From IMG/VR virus record IMGVR_UViG_3300042391_000450: a stretch of DNA of 64,000 nt. One strand, 5' to 3'. This document shows positions 26,730 through 36,274 of this stretch, in pieces; positions within the stretch are counted from its first letter, which is position 1; each line of letters starts with the position of its first letter. The notes beneath the pieces are model-generated. The model did not search any database. It saw only the letters and a program-made list of their open reading frames with translations, and was not told the DNA's origin. This DNA is from an uncultured virus (IMG/VR IMGVR_UViG_3300042391_000450). Taxonomy: Duplodnaviria; Heunggongvirae; Uroviricota; Caudoviricetes. Position numbers and translations under genes: made by a program.

Positions 26730-28131
26730 CCCCGAAGTACAAACGCTATTTTTGCGTATGATGATCACTAACCCTGAGTTATATACTAGGGTAATGAACA
26801 TCATGAACCCACTAAACTTTGACAGATCAGTTAGGGCGGCAGCAGAGTTTATAGTAGAACATTCACAAAAATACAATGTGTTGCCTGATCCTACGCAAAT
26901 CAAAGCTACTACTGGTATAGAAATTGAACTAATCCCTGAACTTGACTCAGCAGGGCATACCGAGTTTTTCTTAACTGAGTTTGAACACTTTACAAAAAGA
27001 CAAGAACTAGAACGAGCAATCTTAAAAGCAGCAGAGTTATTAGAAAAGGGTGAATATGATCCAGTTGAAAAACTGATCAAAGATGCGGTACAAATTTCTT
27101 TAATGCGTGATTATGGTACAGATTACTTTGCTGATCCTAAAGAACGATTAAACAGATACTTTAATCAAGGCGGTCAAGTAAGCACAGGGTGGCCTCAACT
27201 AGACAAAGTTATGTATGGTGGTATGTCTAGGGGCGAACTAAACATCTTTGCAGGTGGTTCAGGATCAGGTAAGTCACTTGTAATGATGAACTTGGCTGTG
27301 AACTTTTTAGCACAAGGATTAAGCGGTGTTTATATTACACTTGAATTGTCTGAAGAGCTAACGGCTTTAAGAACTGATGCTATGTTAACTAGCATGAGCA
27401 CTAAAGATATTCGTAAAGACTTAGACACAGTAGAATTAAAAGTAAAAATGGCTGCTAAAAAGTCAGGTAAGTATCGTGTTAAAGGTCTTCCTGCACAAAG
27501 CAACGTAAACGTAATCAGAAGTTATATTAAAGAAGTACAAATACAAACAGGTATGCTAATAGACTTTGTAATGATTGATTACTTGGATCTAGTAATGCCT
27601 GTTAGTGTTAAAGTAAATCCTAATGATCAGTTTATCAAAGACAAGTATGTTAGTGAAGAATTAAGAAACTTGTCTAAAGAGTTAGGTGTTTTAATGGTTA
27701 CAGCATCACAGCTAAACAGATCGGCTGTAGAAGAAATTGAATTTGATCATAGTCATATTGCAGGTGGTATTTCTAAGATTAACACTGCTGACTATGTGTT
27801 TGGTATCTTTACTAGCAGATCAATGAAAGAGCGAGGCAAGTATCAAATTCAGTGTATGAAATCACGTAGTTCTACTGGTGTTGGTCAAAAGATTGACTTA
27901 GAATATAACATTGATACTATGAGAATTACAGATGAAGGCGGTGATGAAAATGCTGGGTATCGTCAATCCGCTACAGATATTATGAACAAAATTAAAACTG
28001 TAAGTACAGTATCTCAAAATGAAACTATTGATGCTAACACTGGTGAAATTCAACAATCTGAGAAAAAAGTAGTAGCAGATGTTCAAGGTTCTAAGCTAAG
28101 AAACATGCTAAACTCCTTAAAGAATAATTAA
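26713..28131 (+). CDS. Replicative helicase (gp41/DnaB-like)
   Basis: STGW..LD....GG, GGSGSGKS, YITLELSE, IDYLDL, TASQLNR, KSR. Confidence 0.93.
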   Translation: MLKEFNPEVQTLFLRMMITNPELYTRVMNIMNPLNFDRSVRAAAEFIVEHSQKYNVLPDPTQIKATTGIEIELIPELDSAGHTEFFLTEFEHFTKRQELERAILKAAELLEKGEYDPVEKLIKDAVQISLMRDYGTDYFADPKERLNRYFNQGGQVSTGWPQLDKVMYGGMSRGELNIFAGGSGSGKSLVMMNLAVNFLAQGLSGVYITLELSEELTALRTDAMLTSMSTKDIRKDLDTVELKVKMAAKKSGKYRVKGLPAQSNVNVIRSYIKEVQIQTGMLIDFVMIDYLDLVMPVSVKVNPNDQFIKDKYVSEELRNLSKELGVLMVTASQLNRSAVEEIEFDHSHIAGGISKINTADYVFGIFTSRSMKERGKYQIQCMKSRSSTGVGQKIDLEYNIDTMRITDEGGDENAGYRQSATDIMNKIKTVSTVSQNETIDANTGEIQQSEKKVVADVQGSKLRNMLNSLKNN

Positions 28132-28161
28132 TCTAAGATAAATATAATAAAGGTTATTGCT

Positions 28162-28410
28162 ATGCAGAAAAAAACGCGCAGTCTCTTAGAAGAACTAGAA
28201 AGTATAGGCAACAATAAGGATGTTAATCTTCTTATTGAAAACCGTGCTAACAACGTTATTTCAAGTGCTATCAATCTGTTAGAATTGATGAAAAAGCATT
28301 ATTCCTCTGAAAAAGCTGAGCTACTAGAAAGAAAACTGCTAAGTGCTATTAAGGGTCGAGACCAAGAAAGATTTTCTAAGTCTTTAAGAAAAAAAGATGA
28401 AGACAATTAA
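28162..28410 (+). CDS. Hypothetical late protein
   Basis: GATAAATA at 28137; helical 82 aa. Confidence 0.75.
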   Translation: MQKKTRSLLEELESIGNNKDVNLLIENRANNVISSAINLLELMKKHYSSEKAELLERKLLSAIKGRDQERFSKSLRKKDEDN

Positions 28411-28434
28411 AATTTAATAAGGAAGTAGATAATA

Positions 28435-30288
28435 GTGTTTATATCTGAAGGCGGAAACATCTTTAAACAACAAGACGGTACTGAGCTAACTAGACGTATA
28501 AATCAGAATGAAGTTGCGCCTACTATTAATTGGTTAGAAAGTATTACTGGATTAGATTTAACTAAAGAAAAAGCTAAAGATGGTTTACCCGCTAAATGGT
28601 TGGGTTCTACTGGTAGAAAATCTACTAGCGGTGATCTAGACTTAGCAGTAAATGCGAATGAAGTAAGTAAAGCAGAGCTAGAAAGCAAACTAAAATCATG
28701 GGCTACGCAAAATAATCTTGATCCAAAAGACTTTGTAAAAAAGTCTGGTATATCTGTACACTTTGCAACACCAATAGAAGGCAATTTTGAAAAAGGGTTT
28801 GTTCAAACAGATTTTATGTTTTTAAACAATCTTGAATGGGAAACATGGTTGCTTAGCGGAGGTATGAGAAGCCCTAGCGAATACAAAGGTGTATTTAGAG
28901 AAGTAGCATTAAACAGCGTAGCTAAAGGCACGATCACTAGTGAACATCCTCAAGGATTGCGTTTGAGTGGCAAAGGCGTAGTTGACAGAGCTACCGGAGA
29001 ACTAGTAACACTAGATCCAGAAGTAGCTACTAAACTGTTGTTTGGTAAAGATGGTACACTTGATGATATGAGTTCAGTAGAAAACATCTATAAGAAACTA
29101 AAAAATGATCCCAACAAACAACAAAAATTAAAAGACTTTGAAGAATATGCAGCAAGAAGTGGCATAACACCTCCCAAGTTTAACGATACTGCTAACGAAA
29201 GCGCATACGATATCATAACAAAGTTTAGAAATTTAGTTGTAGAAAATTCTTTTATTACTGAAGAAGCTAAAGGACCTAGAATACCTCATCCTGAAGATGC
29301 TATTTTTGACGGTGGCGACAGTGCAAAACAATATTTAAATGCACTCAAACAAGCTATTAGTAGTCCAGAATCTGGTAGTATTAAATGGGACGGCGGGATA
29401 GCATTATACTTTGGTAACTTACCTGACGGTAGATTTGTTGTTACTGACAAGTACATGCCAAACAAAGGTGTGTATCCTACTAGCCCCGAAGAATGGGTTG
29501 AATATGATCAACAGCGCGGCGCAAATAGAAACGACTTATACGAAAAGATTGATTTATTATGGCCCGGACTAAAGCAAGCTGTATCTGGAACTACTGGTTT
29601 ATTTAAAAGTGATTTAATGGCTATTAATCCCAAACCACAAAACGGATACTTTGTGTTTAAACCGGTTACTGTAGAGTATCGCATACCAGTTGAGTCTGAT
29701 CTTGGTAAACAACTTCAAGGAAAAGTAGGCTTCTTAATCGTTCACGAGTTTGATAACAAACCATGGCGCGGTGAGCCAGCAATGAATAAATCTAATGTAG
29801 CTTTGATACCTGCTTCTGCCGGAGTTACATTCAATATTAAGCCTCCTGCTAAACTAATTAATGATGCTGAAAGCGTGTTATCAACAAACAGTAAAGTTAT
29901 AGACGACTTTTTAAGCGGACTTAGTAGCGTTGCGCGTGAAGCATTAAAGAAATACATGAATCATAAAATAACCAAGCAAACTAACGATAAGTTAGTACCA
30001 TGGTTATCTCAAAATATCAGTAAATCACAGTATAACTTCTTAGTAGGAACTGACGGTACTGGTTATTTACAGCAAAACGCAGAAGGATTGAATGCTCTTG
30101 TCAAAGTGTGGAATGCAATATACAAACTAAAAGTTAATGTATCCAATCAACTTGAAAACCAAGTTCAAGGCTTTGAACAGTCGTCAGGTGGGCAAAAAGG
30201 CGGAGAAGGATTCGTATTTCCTACTGATTCAGGTTTAGTTAAAATAGTAGACAGACAGCGTTTTGGAGCTGCCCATTTTAACAAATAA
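28435..30288 (+). CDS. Pol-beta-like nucleotidyltransferase fused to a ligase-like (KxDG) domain
   Basis: N-half LGSTG...SGDLDLAV...VQTDFM; C-half HPED...IKWDG...GEGFV...KIVDR. Confidence 0.7.
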   Translation: MFISEGGNIFKQQDGTELTRRINQNEVAPTINWLESITGLDLTKEKAKDGLPAKWLGSTGRKSTSGDLDLAVNANEVSKAELESKLKSWATQNNLDPKDFVKKSGISVHFATPIEGNFEKGFVQTDFMFLNNLEWETWLLSGGMRSPSEYKGVFREVALNSVAKGTITSEHPQGLRLSGKGVVDRATGELVTLDPEVATKLLFGKDGTLDDMSSVENIYKKLKNDPNKQQKLKDFEEYAARSGITPPKFNDTANESAYDIITKFRNLVVENSFITEEAKGPRIPHPEDAIFDGGDSAKQYLNALKQAISSPESGSIKWDGGIALYFGNLPDGRFVVTDKYMPNKGVYPTSPEEWVEYDQQRGANRNDLYEKIDLLWPGLKQAVSGTTGLFKSDLMAINPKPQNGYFVFKPVTVEYRIPVESDLGKQLQGKVGFLIVHEFDNKPWRGEPAMNKSNVALIPASAGVTFNIKPPAKLINDAESVLSTNSKVIDDFLSGLSSVAREALKKYMNHKITKQTNDKLVPWLSQNISKSQYNFLVGTDGTGYLQQNAEGLNALVKVWNAIYKLKVNVSNQLENQVQGFEQSSGGQKGGEGFVFPTDSGLVKIVDRQRFGAAHFNK

Positions 30289-30373
30289 TATATCCTAAAC
30301 CAGCATTTTTTTCTATTTGGCATAAATATTTGTATGGAGCAGTAGGCTTCAAAACATTTAAAGGATATTTAAA

Positions 30374-30763
30374 ATGGCACAATTTACAAGAGTCAATGGT
30401 GACTTTAAACCAGTTCTACACTTAGACAGCGCAGCATACACTAACACTGGTGTTAACACTGTAACTTCAGCAGCTTCTGTTCAGCCACAGGGCCCAAAGC
30501 TTGAGTTTGCAACTATTACCTTTACCGGTACCGGTACTACTGGTGCACAGATTCTTGCTGCTGTGAATACTATTCAGCAATTAGCAACAATTTACATGTA
30601 TGAGTTCACTACTGATACTAACGACACTTTAGCAGTAGCTATGTACCCAATTGGTGCATGGGGCGATGTAACTGCTACTGCTGCTGGTTCACTTGATGCT
30701 GAATTGACTGCTGCATGCGGTGAAGCTGTATCTATTGCTGCGACTGCAACATTCACAAACTAA
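30374..30763 (+). CDS. Small virion protein (probably abundant)
   Basis: CATAAATA at 30321, AAGGA SD, Ala/Thr-rich, own terminator. Confidence 0.75.
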   Translation: MAQFTRVNGDFKPVLHLDSAAYTNTGVNTVTSAASVQPQGPKLEFATITFTGTGTTGAQILAAVNTIQQLATIYMYEFTTDTNDTLAVAMYPIGAWGDVTATAAGSLDAELTAACGEAVSIAATATFTN

Positions 30764-30789
30764 TTTATTAGTTAATCGCAACACAAAAG

Positions 30790-30816
30790 ACCCTGAGTTT
30801 TTCTCAGGGTTTTTTT
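30790..30816 (+). terminator. Rho-independent terminator
   Basis: ACCCTGAG-TTTTT-CTCAGGGT plus T-tract. Confidence 0.88.
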
Positions 30817-30834
30817 ATGCCAATAAATATATCT

Positions 30835-31272
30835 ATGTCACATAGAATTAGATGTTATACATTATTCAATATCACACGAACCGGCACGACTAATCGCACT
30901 AAGCCAAGTGATGATGTAGCAGCTTGGTTGCAATCTAGAAATACACAATGTAATTTTGATACAATACTACAGATTATATCATTGCGATCACAACCTGAAC
31001 TGTTAAAAGATCCTCAAAAGTTAGAAATAAACTTAAGTGAATTTAATAAGTTTGGATTATTATACTTGTCTAAAGAAAAGGTATATTGCTGGTCTTTTGA
31101 ATTTGAAGTACATCATTCAAGCGTTTTTGATAATGGCATAGATGAATTGGGTTCGTTATACACAGATTGTGATAATGTTCCTATGATAAAAGACAGTTTA
31201 GAAATAAGTAACTTACCTACATTTTTAAACATTAGTCCCGAATTAAAGAATATACATTTTGAGATTATATGA
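30835..31272 (+). CDS. Hypothetical late protein
   Basis: AATAAATA-N5-ATG 30835 (start revised); TLFNIT.TG...RN.Q.NF.T..Q.ISLRSQP. Confidence 0.75.
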   Translation: MSHRIRCYTLFNITRTGTTNRTKPSDDVAAWLQSRNTQCNFDTILQIISLRSQPELLKDPQKLEINLSEFNKFGLLYLSKEKVYCWSFEFEVHHSSVFDNGIDELGSLYTDCDNVPMIKDSLEISNLPTFLNISPELKNIHFEII

Positions 31273-31769
31273 AGAAAAACAAACAGATTAAAGTTGAAAA
31301 GTTTTTAGAAAACCAAATACTTGATAAAAACAATAAAACTATGAACATGATAGTATTACCCATAGATAGTAACAGTTATATATTATTTGGAAAATACGCA
31401 GCACTTAAAAAAGACAACCATTATAGATTATTAATAGATGATAATGACCAAGAAAAAATATTCAGTACCTTAAAAACCGCAGTTACTTGGTGCGTGTTCA
31501 AAGAATTGAAAAAAGCAATGGAATGTAAGAATATTGAACAATTGGACTTTAAGTTAAGTAGTTTAGAAATAGACTTATTACAAAAAAGCAAGATTCTTAA
31601 CAGTACTAAAGATGATAAATTCCGCGATATCTATGTTACTAAGATAGAAGAAGATAACTTAAAGAAAAAAATACTGCTTAAACAACTAAATAGATATATA
31701 AATATTTCTAAAGAGTGGCAAACTAAAAAGTTTAACACTGCTAATCTAGCGAGAAAAGATAAATACTAA
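31269..31769 (+). CDS. Hypothetical protein
   Basis: ATGA overlap, 166 aa. Confidence 0.7.
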   Translation: MKKNKQIKVEKFLENQILDKNNKTMNMIVLPIDSNSYILFGKYAALKKDNHYRLLIDDNDQEKIFSTLKTAVTWCVFKELKKAMECKNIEQLDFKLSSLEIDLLQKSKILNSTKDDKFRDIYVTKIEEDNLKKKILLKQLNRYINISKEWQTKKFNTANLARKDKY

Positions 31770-31789
31770 ATCAACATTGGAACAATATT

Positions 31790-32479
31790 ATGAAACTAAA
31801 TGACTTAGAAAACAAGAATTATGCTAAAACAGCACTAAAAGAAAGCTTTAGTGTCAACTTTGATGTATCCTCTTTGGATAAGATAAAAACAAAAACTATG
31901 TTGACTAAAGTATCTTCACTTATTAAAGAATCTAAGCAAGCTGCTGATTTCTATAAAAATCAAACTTCCCCAAGCTACATGAAACTTGTTTTCATGGAAC
32001 AAGCATTGAATTCTCATTACATTGATTTACTTAACAGACCTAGTCCTCGTATTGTTTTTGAAAATGAAGAAGTTGAAAAGTCACAAGTAATCTTAGCTGC
32101 GCAAGACATGATTGATACTGTACAAAAGATGTACGAAGATGTTAACGATATGTTGGTTAAAGAACTTCCTGCATTAGTAAGCAGCATTCAATCTGAAATT
32201 GGTGCAAATGAAAGCACTCAGTTCAATGATCAAGCTAGCAGTTCTTTACAAACCTTAAATGATGCTTTGTTAACAACTAAAACTTCTTTACAAGGAGCAT
32301 TAGGTACAATCACTGGTCAAGGTGGAATGGATTCATTTGCTGCACCTGATCAAAGTATGGATGAATTAGCGCCAGCAGATGATCTTGGTATGGATGACGG
32401 TGCTGATATTGACATGGATTTGGACATTGAAGAACCTGAACAAGCTGCTGTAGGCGGAGTAGGTAGAGCAAAAAGATAA
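31790..32479 (+). CDS. Helical late protein with acidic tail (possible head/scaffold)
   Basis: GATAAATA at 31758; LKES/FENE candidate cleavage sites; ends GR.KR. Confidence 0.7.
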   Translation: MKLNDLENKNYAKTALKESFSVNFDVSSLDKIKTKTMLTKVSSLIKESKQAADFYKNQTSPSYMKLVFMEQALNSHYIDLLNRPSPRIVFENEEVEKSQVILAAQDMIDTVQKMYEDVNDMLVKELPALVSSIQSEIGANESTQFNDQASSSLQTLNDALLTTKTSLQGALGTITGQGGMDSFAAPDQSMDELAPADDLGMDDGADIDMDLDIEEPEQAAVGGVGRAKR

Positions 32480-32808
32480 TGCGTCTTTTTGAACTTGAAA
32501 CAGACCCAGGTCTTAGCGCAAAACTTGTTGCGGTAACCGACCAACTAAAAACTGATTTGGAAAATAACAAATTAAATTTTGGTATGACTACAGATCAGTT
32601 ATTAGATTATTTTCAAGAATATGATATAATCCTAGATGTAACTGACTTGTACAACATGATACAAGTTCCTCCTTTAAAACAAGTTATTACCAATATACAA
32701 GGCGATAAAGTTGTTTTCAAAGGACAATCTGATGATTCAGAAAACCCCAATCAAGAATCCGAACAAGAAAAAACTGTAGCTCAAATGGCTAAAAGCGCAA
32801 TGAAATAG
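32479..32808 (+). CDS. Hypothetical late protein
   Basis: MRLFE start; TAATG coupling. Confidence 0.75.
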   Translation: MRLFELETDPGLSAKLVAVTDQLKTDLENNKLNFGMTTDQLLDYFQEYDIILDVTDLYNMIQVPPLKQVITNIQGDKVVFKGQSDDSENPNQESEQEKTVAQMAKSAMK

Positions 32809-32851
32809 CCTATTTTGTTGTGTCTTTCTTATTTCTTTTGTATAATACACT

Positions 32852-33172
32852 ATGATTAAATTATCCGATACTGCGACAGACAGAGTAAAATCACAACTAG
32901 AGAAAAGAGGTTCAGGCCTCGGTATAAGAATAGGTGTAAAATCCACAGGATGTAGTGGATTTTCTTATGTCTTAGAATTCGTTGATGTAGCTGATTCAAC
33001 TGATCATGAATTTAAGTTTGAAACCTTTTCTGTTTTTATAACTGAAAAATCACTTGTCTATGTTTCTGGTCTAGCAATAGATTATAAGAAATTAGATTTT
33101 AACGAAGGATTTGAATTTACAAACCCGAATGAAAAAGCCCGATGCGGCTGTGGTGAGAGTTTTACAATTTGA
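32852..33172 (+). CDS. iscA: Fe-S cluster assembly protein IscA/HesB
   Basis: GVKSTGCSGFSY, F.NPN...CGCGESF. Confidence 0.95.
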   Translation: MIKLSDTATDRVKSQLEKRGSGLGIRIGVKSTGCSGFSYVLEFVDVADSTDHEFKFETFSVFITEKSLVYVSGLAIDYKKLDFNEGFEFTNPNEKARCGCGESFTI

Positions 33173-33867
33173 TGAACCCAATGTACAATCCTAACAAATT
33201 TAACTATAAAGAACTAAAAAGAGAAACGCTAAACGGAGCTAGAAAGTATATAACTCCCGACGGATTCGCTGTCCCCTCTGTAACAACTATTTTAGACGCT
33301 ACTAAACCTGAAGAAGCAAAAAAAGCATTACAAAACTGGCGTAACCGTGTAGGTCATAAACAAGCACAAGCTATAACTACCGAAGCTGCTGGTCGCGGTA
33401 CTCGTATGCACAAGTGGTTAGAGAATTATGTAAAGCTTGGTGCTACCGGTGATCCTGGCTCCAACCCCTATAGTCAACAAAGTCATTTAATGGCTCAGTC
33501 TATTATTGAACAAGGTTTGTCTAAATGTAATGAATTTTGGGCTACTGAAGCCAGTCTTTATTTTCCAGAAATGTATGCAGGTACTACTGACTTAGCAGGA
33601 GTTCATGATAATCAAGAAGCTATCATGGACTTTAAACAAGCTAATAAAGCCAAGAAACGTGAATGGATTGAAGATTATTTTATCCAATTAGCTGCATACG
33701 GATCAGCACATAATGAAATGTTTAACACTAACATACGCAAGGGAGTTATCCTTATGTGTACTAAAGACAACGAGTATCAAGAATTTATTATAGAAGGTAT
33801 AGAGTATGACCACTATGTTAACGAATGGTTCAAACGTTTAGAGCAGTACTACACTCAGTTCGTTTAG
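33172..33867 (+). CDS. PD-(D/E)xK exonuclease
   Basis: PSVTTIL, RGT.MH, E, AGTTD, MDFK, QLAAY. Confidence 0.88.
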   Translation: MNPMYNPNKFNYKELKRETLNGARKYITPDGFAVPSVTTILDATKPEEAKKALQNWRNRVGHKQAQAITTEAAGRGTRMHKWLENYVKLGATGDPGSNPYSQQSHLMAQSIIEQGLSKCNEFWATEASLYFPEMYAGTTDLAGVHDNQEAIMDFKQANKAKKREWIEDYFIQLAAYGSAHNEMFNTNIRKGVILMCTKDNEYQEFIIEGIEYDHYVNEWFKRLEQYYTQFV

Positions 33868-33918
33868 TATGTATTAAAGATAAATAAGATATAACACTAT
33901 TATGGAAAGTTATATCTT

Positions 33919-35625
33919 ATGGCCATTATACAAATCTCAAAACAACAGCAAAGATCAGGCAACCTAGTTGATCTTCCTCAACTCTCTGAAGCAGAGTTCG
34001 GCTGGGCATCAGACGAAAAACGTCTGTTCATAGGTAAAGAAACCCCCAACGAAAATATTGAAGTTTTAACTTCTTATTCTGAAATAGACTTTAGTCAGAT
34101 AGAAGGTTCCATTGGTAATTTAAATATAAGCAATACTGTAGTCAACGGTCAAGTATTAGCATATGATGGTAATAACTGGGTCAATCGCGGCGGATCAGCA
34201 GGCGGTTTAATTACGTTGGGTGATGTATCTAATGTTAGAATTACCGGTGGTGCTATTGGATATGTTCTACAAACTGATGGATCGGGAAATTTAAGTTGGA
34301 CTCCTAAGGGTACACTTGCTACTGATATCATAGATTTAACACCTGATGGTGCTAATGCGTTCGGTTACGGTGCTAATACTGTAATCATGGAAGTTGATCC
34401 CACTACTCCGTATTCCAACGGTTTAGAAATAACTATTTCGGGCGTAGAAGGAAACAGTAACGCAAACGTTAACTCAGAAGTTTTCTACGTAAGACTTGCT
34501 ACAGACTACCCAACTTCGGGTAACGTAATATTATTCTTAACTGATGCGTTAGATTTAGCCAATGCATTTATAGACGGAAGCTTAGAGTATGATAATCTTC
34601 CTAATTCTCTTGCTATTGCAACTACCGCATTAGGTGCCGCTGGCGGTGGAGGATTAGTAGGAGGAACTACTAATTCTATTCAATATAATGATGGTGTATC
34701 TTTTGATGGTGACACCGATCTTACTTGGAACGGTAGTTTATTATATGTTAACGGTAATGCTAATGTAGGTAACTTAAATGCTACCGGCGTAGCAACTGCT
34801 TCAAGATTTTTATCAAACGTAGCTAACGGAACTCCCCCGCTACAAGTGACATCAATTACCCAAGTAGCTAATCTTAATGTTGCTACTTCTGGATCAGTAG
34901 TAAACGGTAATTCAAATGTAAATATTCCTGCAGCAAATGGTAATGTTAATATTAGTGCTGTTGGTAATGCGAACATACTGGTCGTCACTGGAACTGGCGC
35001 CAACATTACTGGCACACTAACCGTAACTGGTAATGCTAACGTTGGTAACTTAGGTGCTTCGTTACTAACCGGTACATTAACAACAGCAGCACAACCAAAC
35101 GTTACATCAGTAGGCACTTTAACATCACTTGCGGTTACTGGTAATATCACATCAGGTAACGTTTATGCTAACTCAGGCACTATTGGTGCCCAGTTATTAA
35201 CCGGTACTTTAACAACAGCAGCACAACCAAACGTTACATCAGTTGGTACATTAACATCACTTGCTGTTACTGGTAACATTACTAGTGCTAACATTACTAC
35301 TTCTACTCATGTAATTAGAAGTGTTGCAACGGCAATTAGTGCTGCTGGTACAGTACAGGGTGATGCAACAGCATTAGCAAAAGATATTAATGTAGTTTCT
35401 ACAGTTAGTGCAGGACAGGGTGTTAGATTACCAACAGCGGTCGCAGGTATGGTTATTATTGTAAATAATACAAGTGCTACAAGTTTGAACGTTTATCCAT
35501 CTACTAGCGCCGCGATTAACTCTTTAGCAACAAATGCAGCATATACACACATAGCAACAGCTAGTTTACAGTACTATGCTATAAGTGCCACTCAGTGGTA
35601 TACTGTAGGCGCAACTTACTCATAA
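33919..35625 (+). CDS. Tail fibre/baseplate-associated structural protein
   Basis: GATAAATA at 33879; LP.L..AEFGWA.D..RLFIG N-motif; two TGTLTTAAQPNVTSVGTL repeats; C-domain shared with 56500. Confidence 0.75.
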   Translation: MAIIQISKQQQRSGNLVDLPQLSEAEFGWASDEKRLFIGKETPNENIEVLTSYSEIDFSQIEGSIGNLNISNTVVNGQVLAYDGNNWVNRGGSAGGLITLGDVSNVRITGGAIGYVLQTDGSGNLSWTPKGTLATDIIDLTPDGANAFGYGANTVIMEVDPTTPYSNGLEITISGVEGNSNANVNSEVFYVRLATDYPTSGNVILFLTDALDLANAFIDGSLEYDNLPNSLAIATTALGAAGGGGLVGGTTNSIQYNDGVSFDGDTDLTWNGSLLYVNGNANVGNLNATGVATASRFLSNVANGTPPLQVTSITQVANLNVATSGSVVNGNSNVNIPAANGNVNISAVGNANILVVTGTGANITGTLTVTGNANVGNLGASLLTGTLTTAAQPNVTSVGTLTSLAVTGNITSGNVYANSGTIGAQLLTGTLTTAAQPNVTSVGTLTSLAVTGNITSANITTSTHVIRSVATAISAAGTVQGDATALAKDINVVSTVSAGQGVRLPTAVAGMVIIVNNTSATSLNVYPSTSAAINSLATNAAYTHIATASLQYYAISATQWYTVGATYS

Positions 35626-35647
35626 ATAAAATAATAGGAAAATAAAA

Positions 35648-36172
35648 ATGGCATCATATGTATATACAGGTAATTTAGTATCACAGCAATCAGCAAACAT
35701 TGCTACGGATAAGATTAGAATAGCAACTACCACCGTTGGTATTCACGCCGTTACTGGGTATCCCAGAGTTACCGGCACCGGAACAGCAACGGCAGCAACC
35801 AACACCACAGCAGTTACTGGTGTAGGAACTGCGTTTAGTACGCAACTTACCGTTGGTGCTTGGATAGGCAACACAACAGGAAGTACTGTTGGTATTGTAG
35901 CAAACATTGCTAACGCTACTAGTTTGACATTAACTGGAAATGCGGTAGTAGCATTATCAAATACAGTATACACTTTCAATAATGCAGGCGTCCCGTTTGC
36001 AATTGCTACACAAAACTCAGAGATTTATTCTGCTAACGATAGCTTCAATAGTGTTTATTGTGGTCAAGGCAATGTAGTAGCATTTCTTACAACAGGTGGC
36101 GGCGCTGGAGCAGAATTCAGTATTACTGAATTAGGTATGCCACATGCTAACACTGGTACTACTGGATACTGA
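35648..36172 (+). CDS. Virion structural protein
   Basis: TGT......AVTGVGT.F..QL.VG fibre-type motif. Confidence 0.7.
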   Translation: MASYVYTGNLVSQQSANIATDKIRIATTTVGIHAVTGYPRVTGTGTATAATNTTAVTGVGTAFSTQLTVGAWIGNTTGSTVGIVANIANATSLTLTGNAVVALSNTVYTFNNAGVPFAIATQNSEIYSANDSFNSVYCGQGNVVAFLTTGGGAGAEFSITELGMPHANTGTTGY

Positions 36173-36274
36173 TTTTAGAACTTCTAGATAAATAGTTTTA
36201 ATATTCTCATAAGGAGAATTTACGTAGATTTTAATACGTACCGGCTAAAACCCGGATCACAATGGAGAAAAATC

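Noticed and set aside
33172..33867. Cas4 / CRISPR adaptation gene
   Set aside because: PD-(D/E)xK nuclease lacking the four-Cys Fe-S motif; a common phage exonuclease; no array nearby
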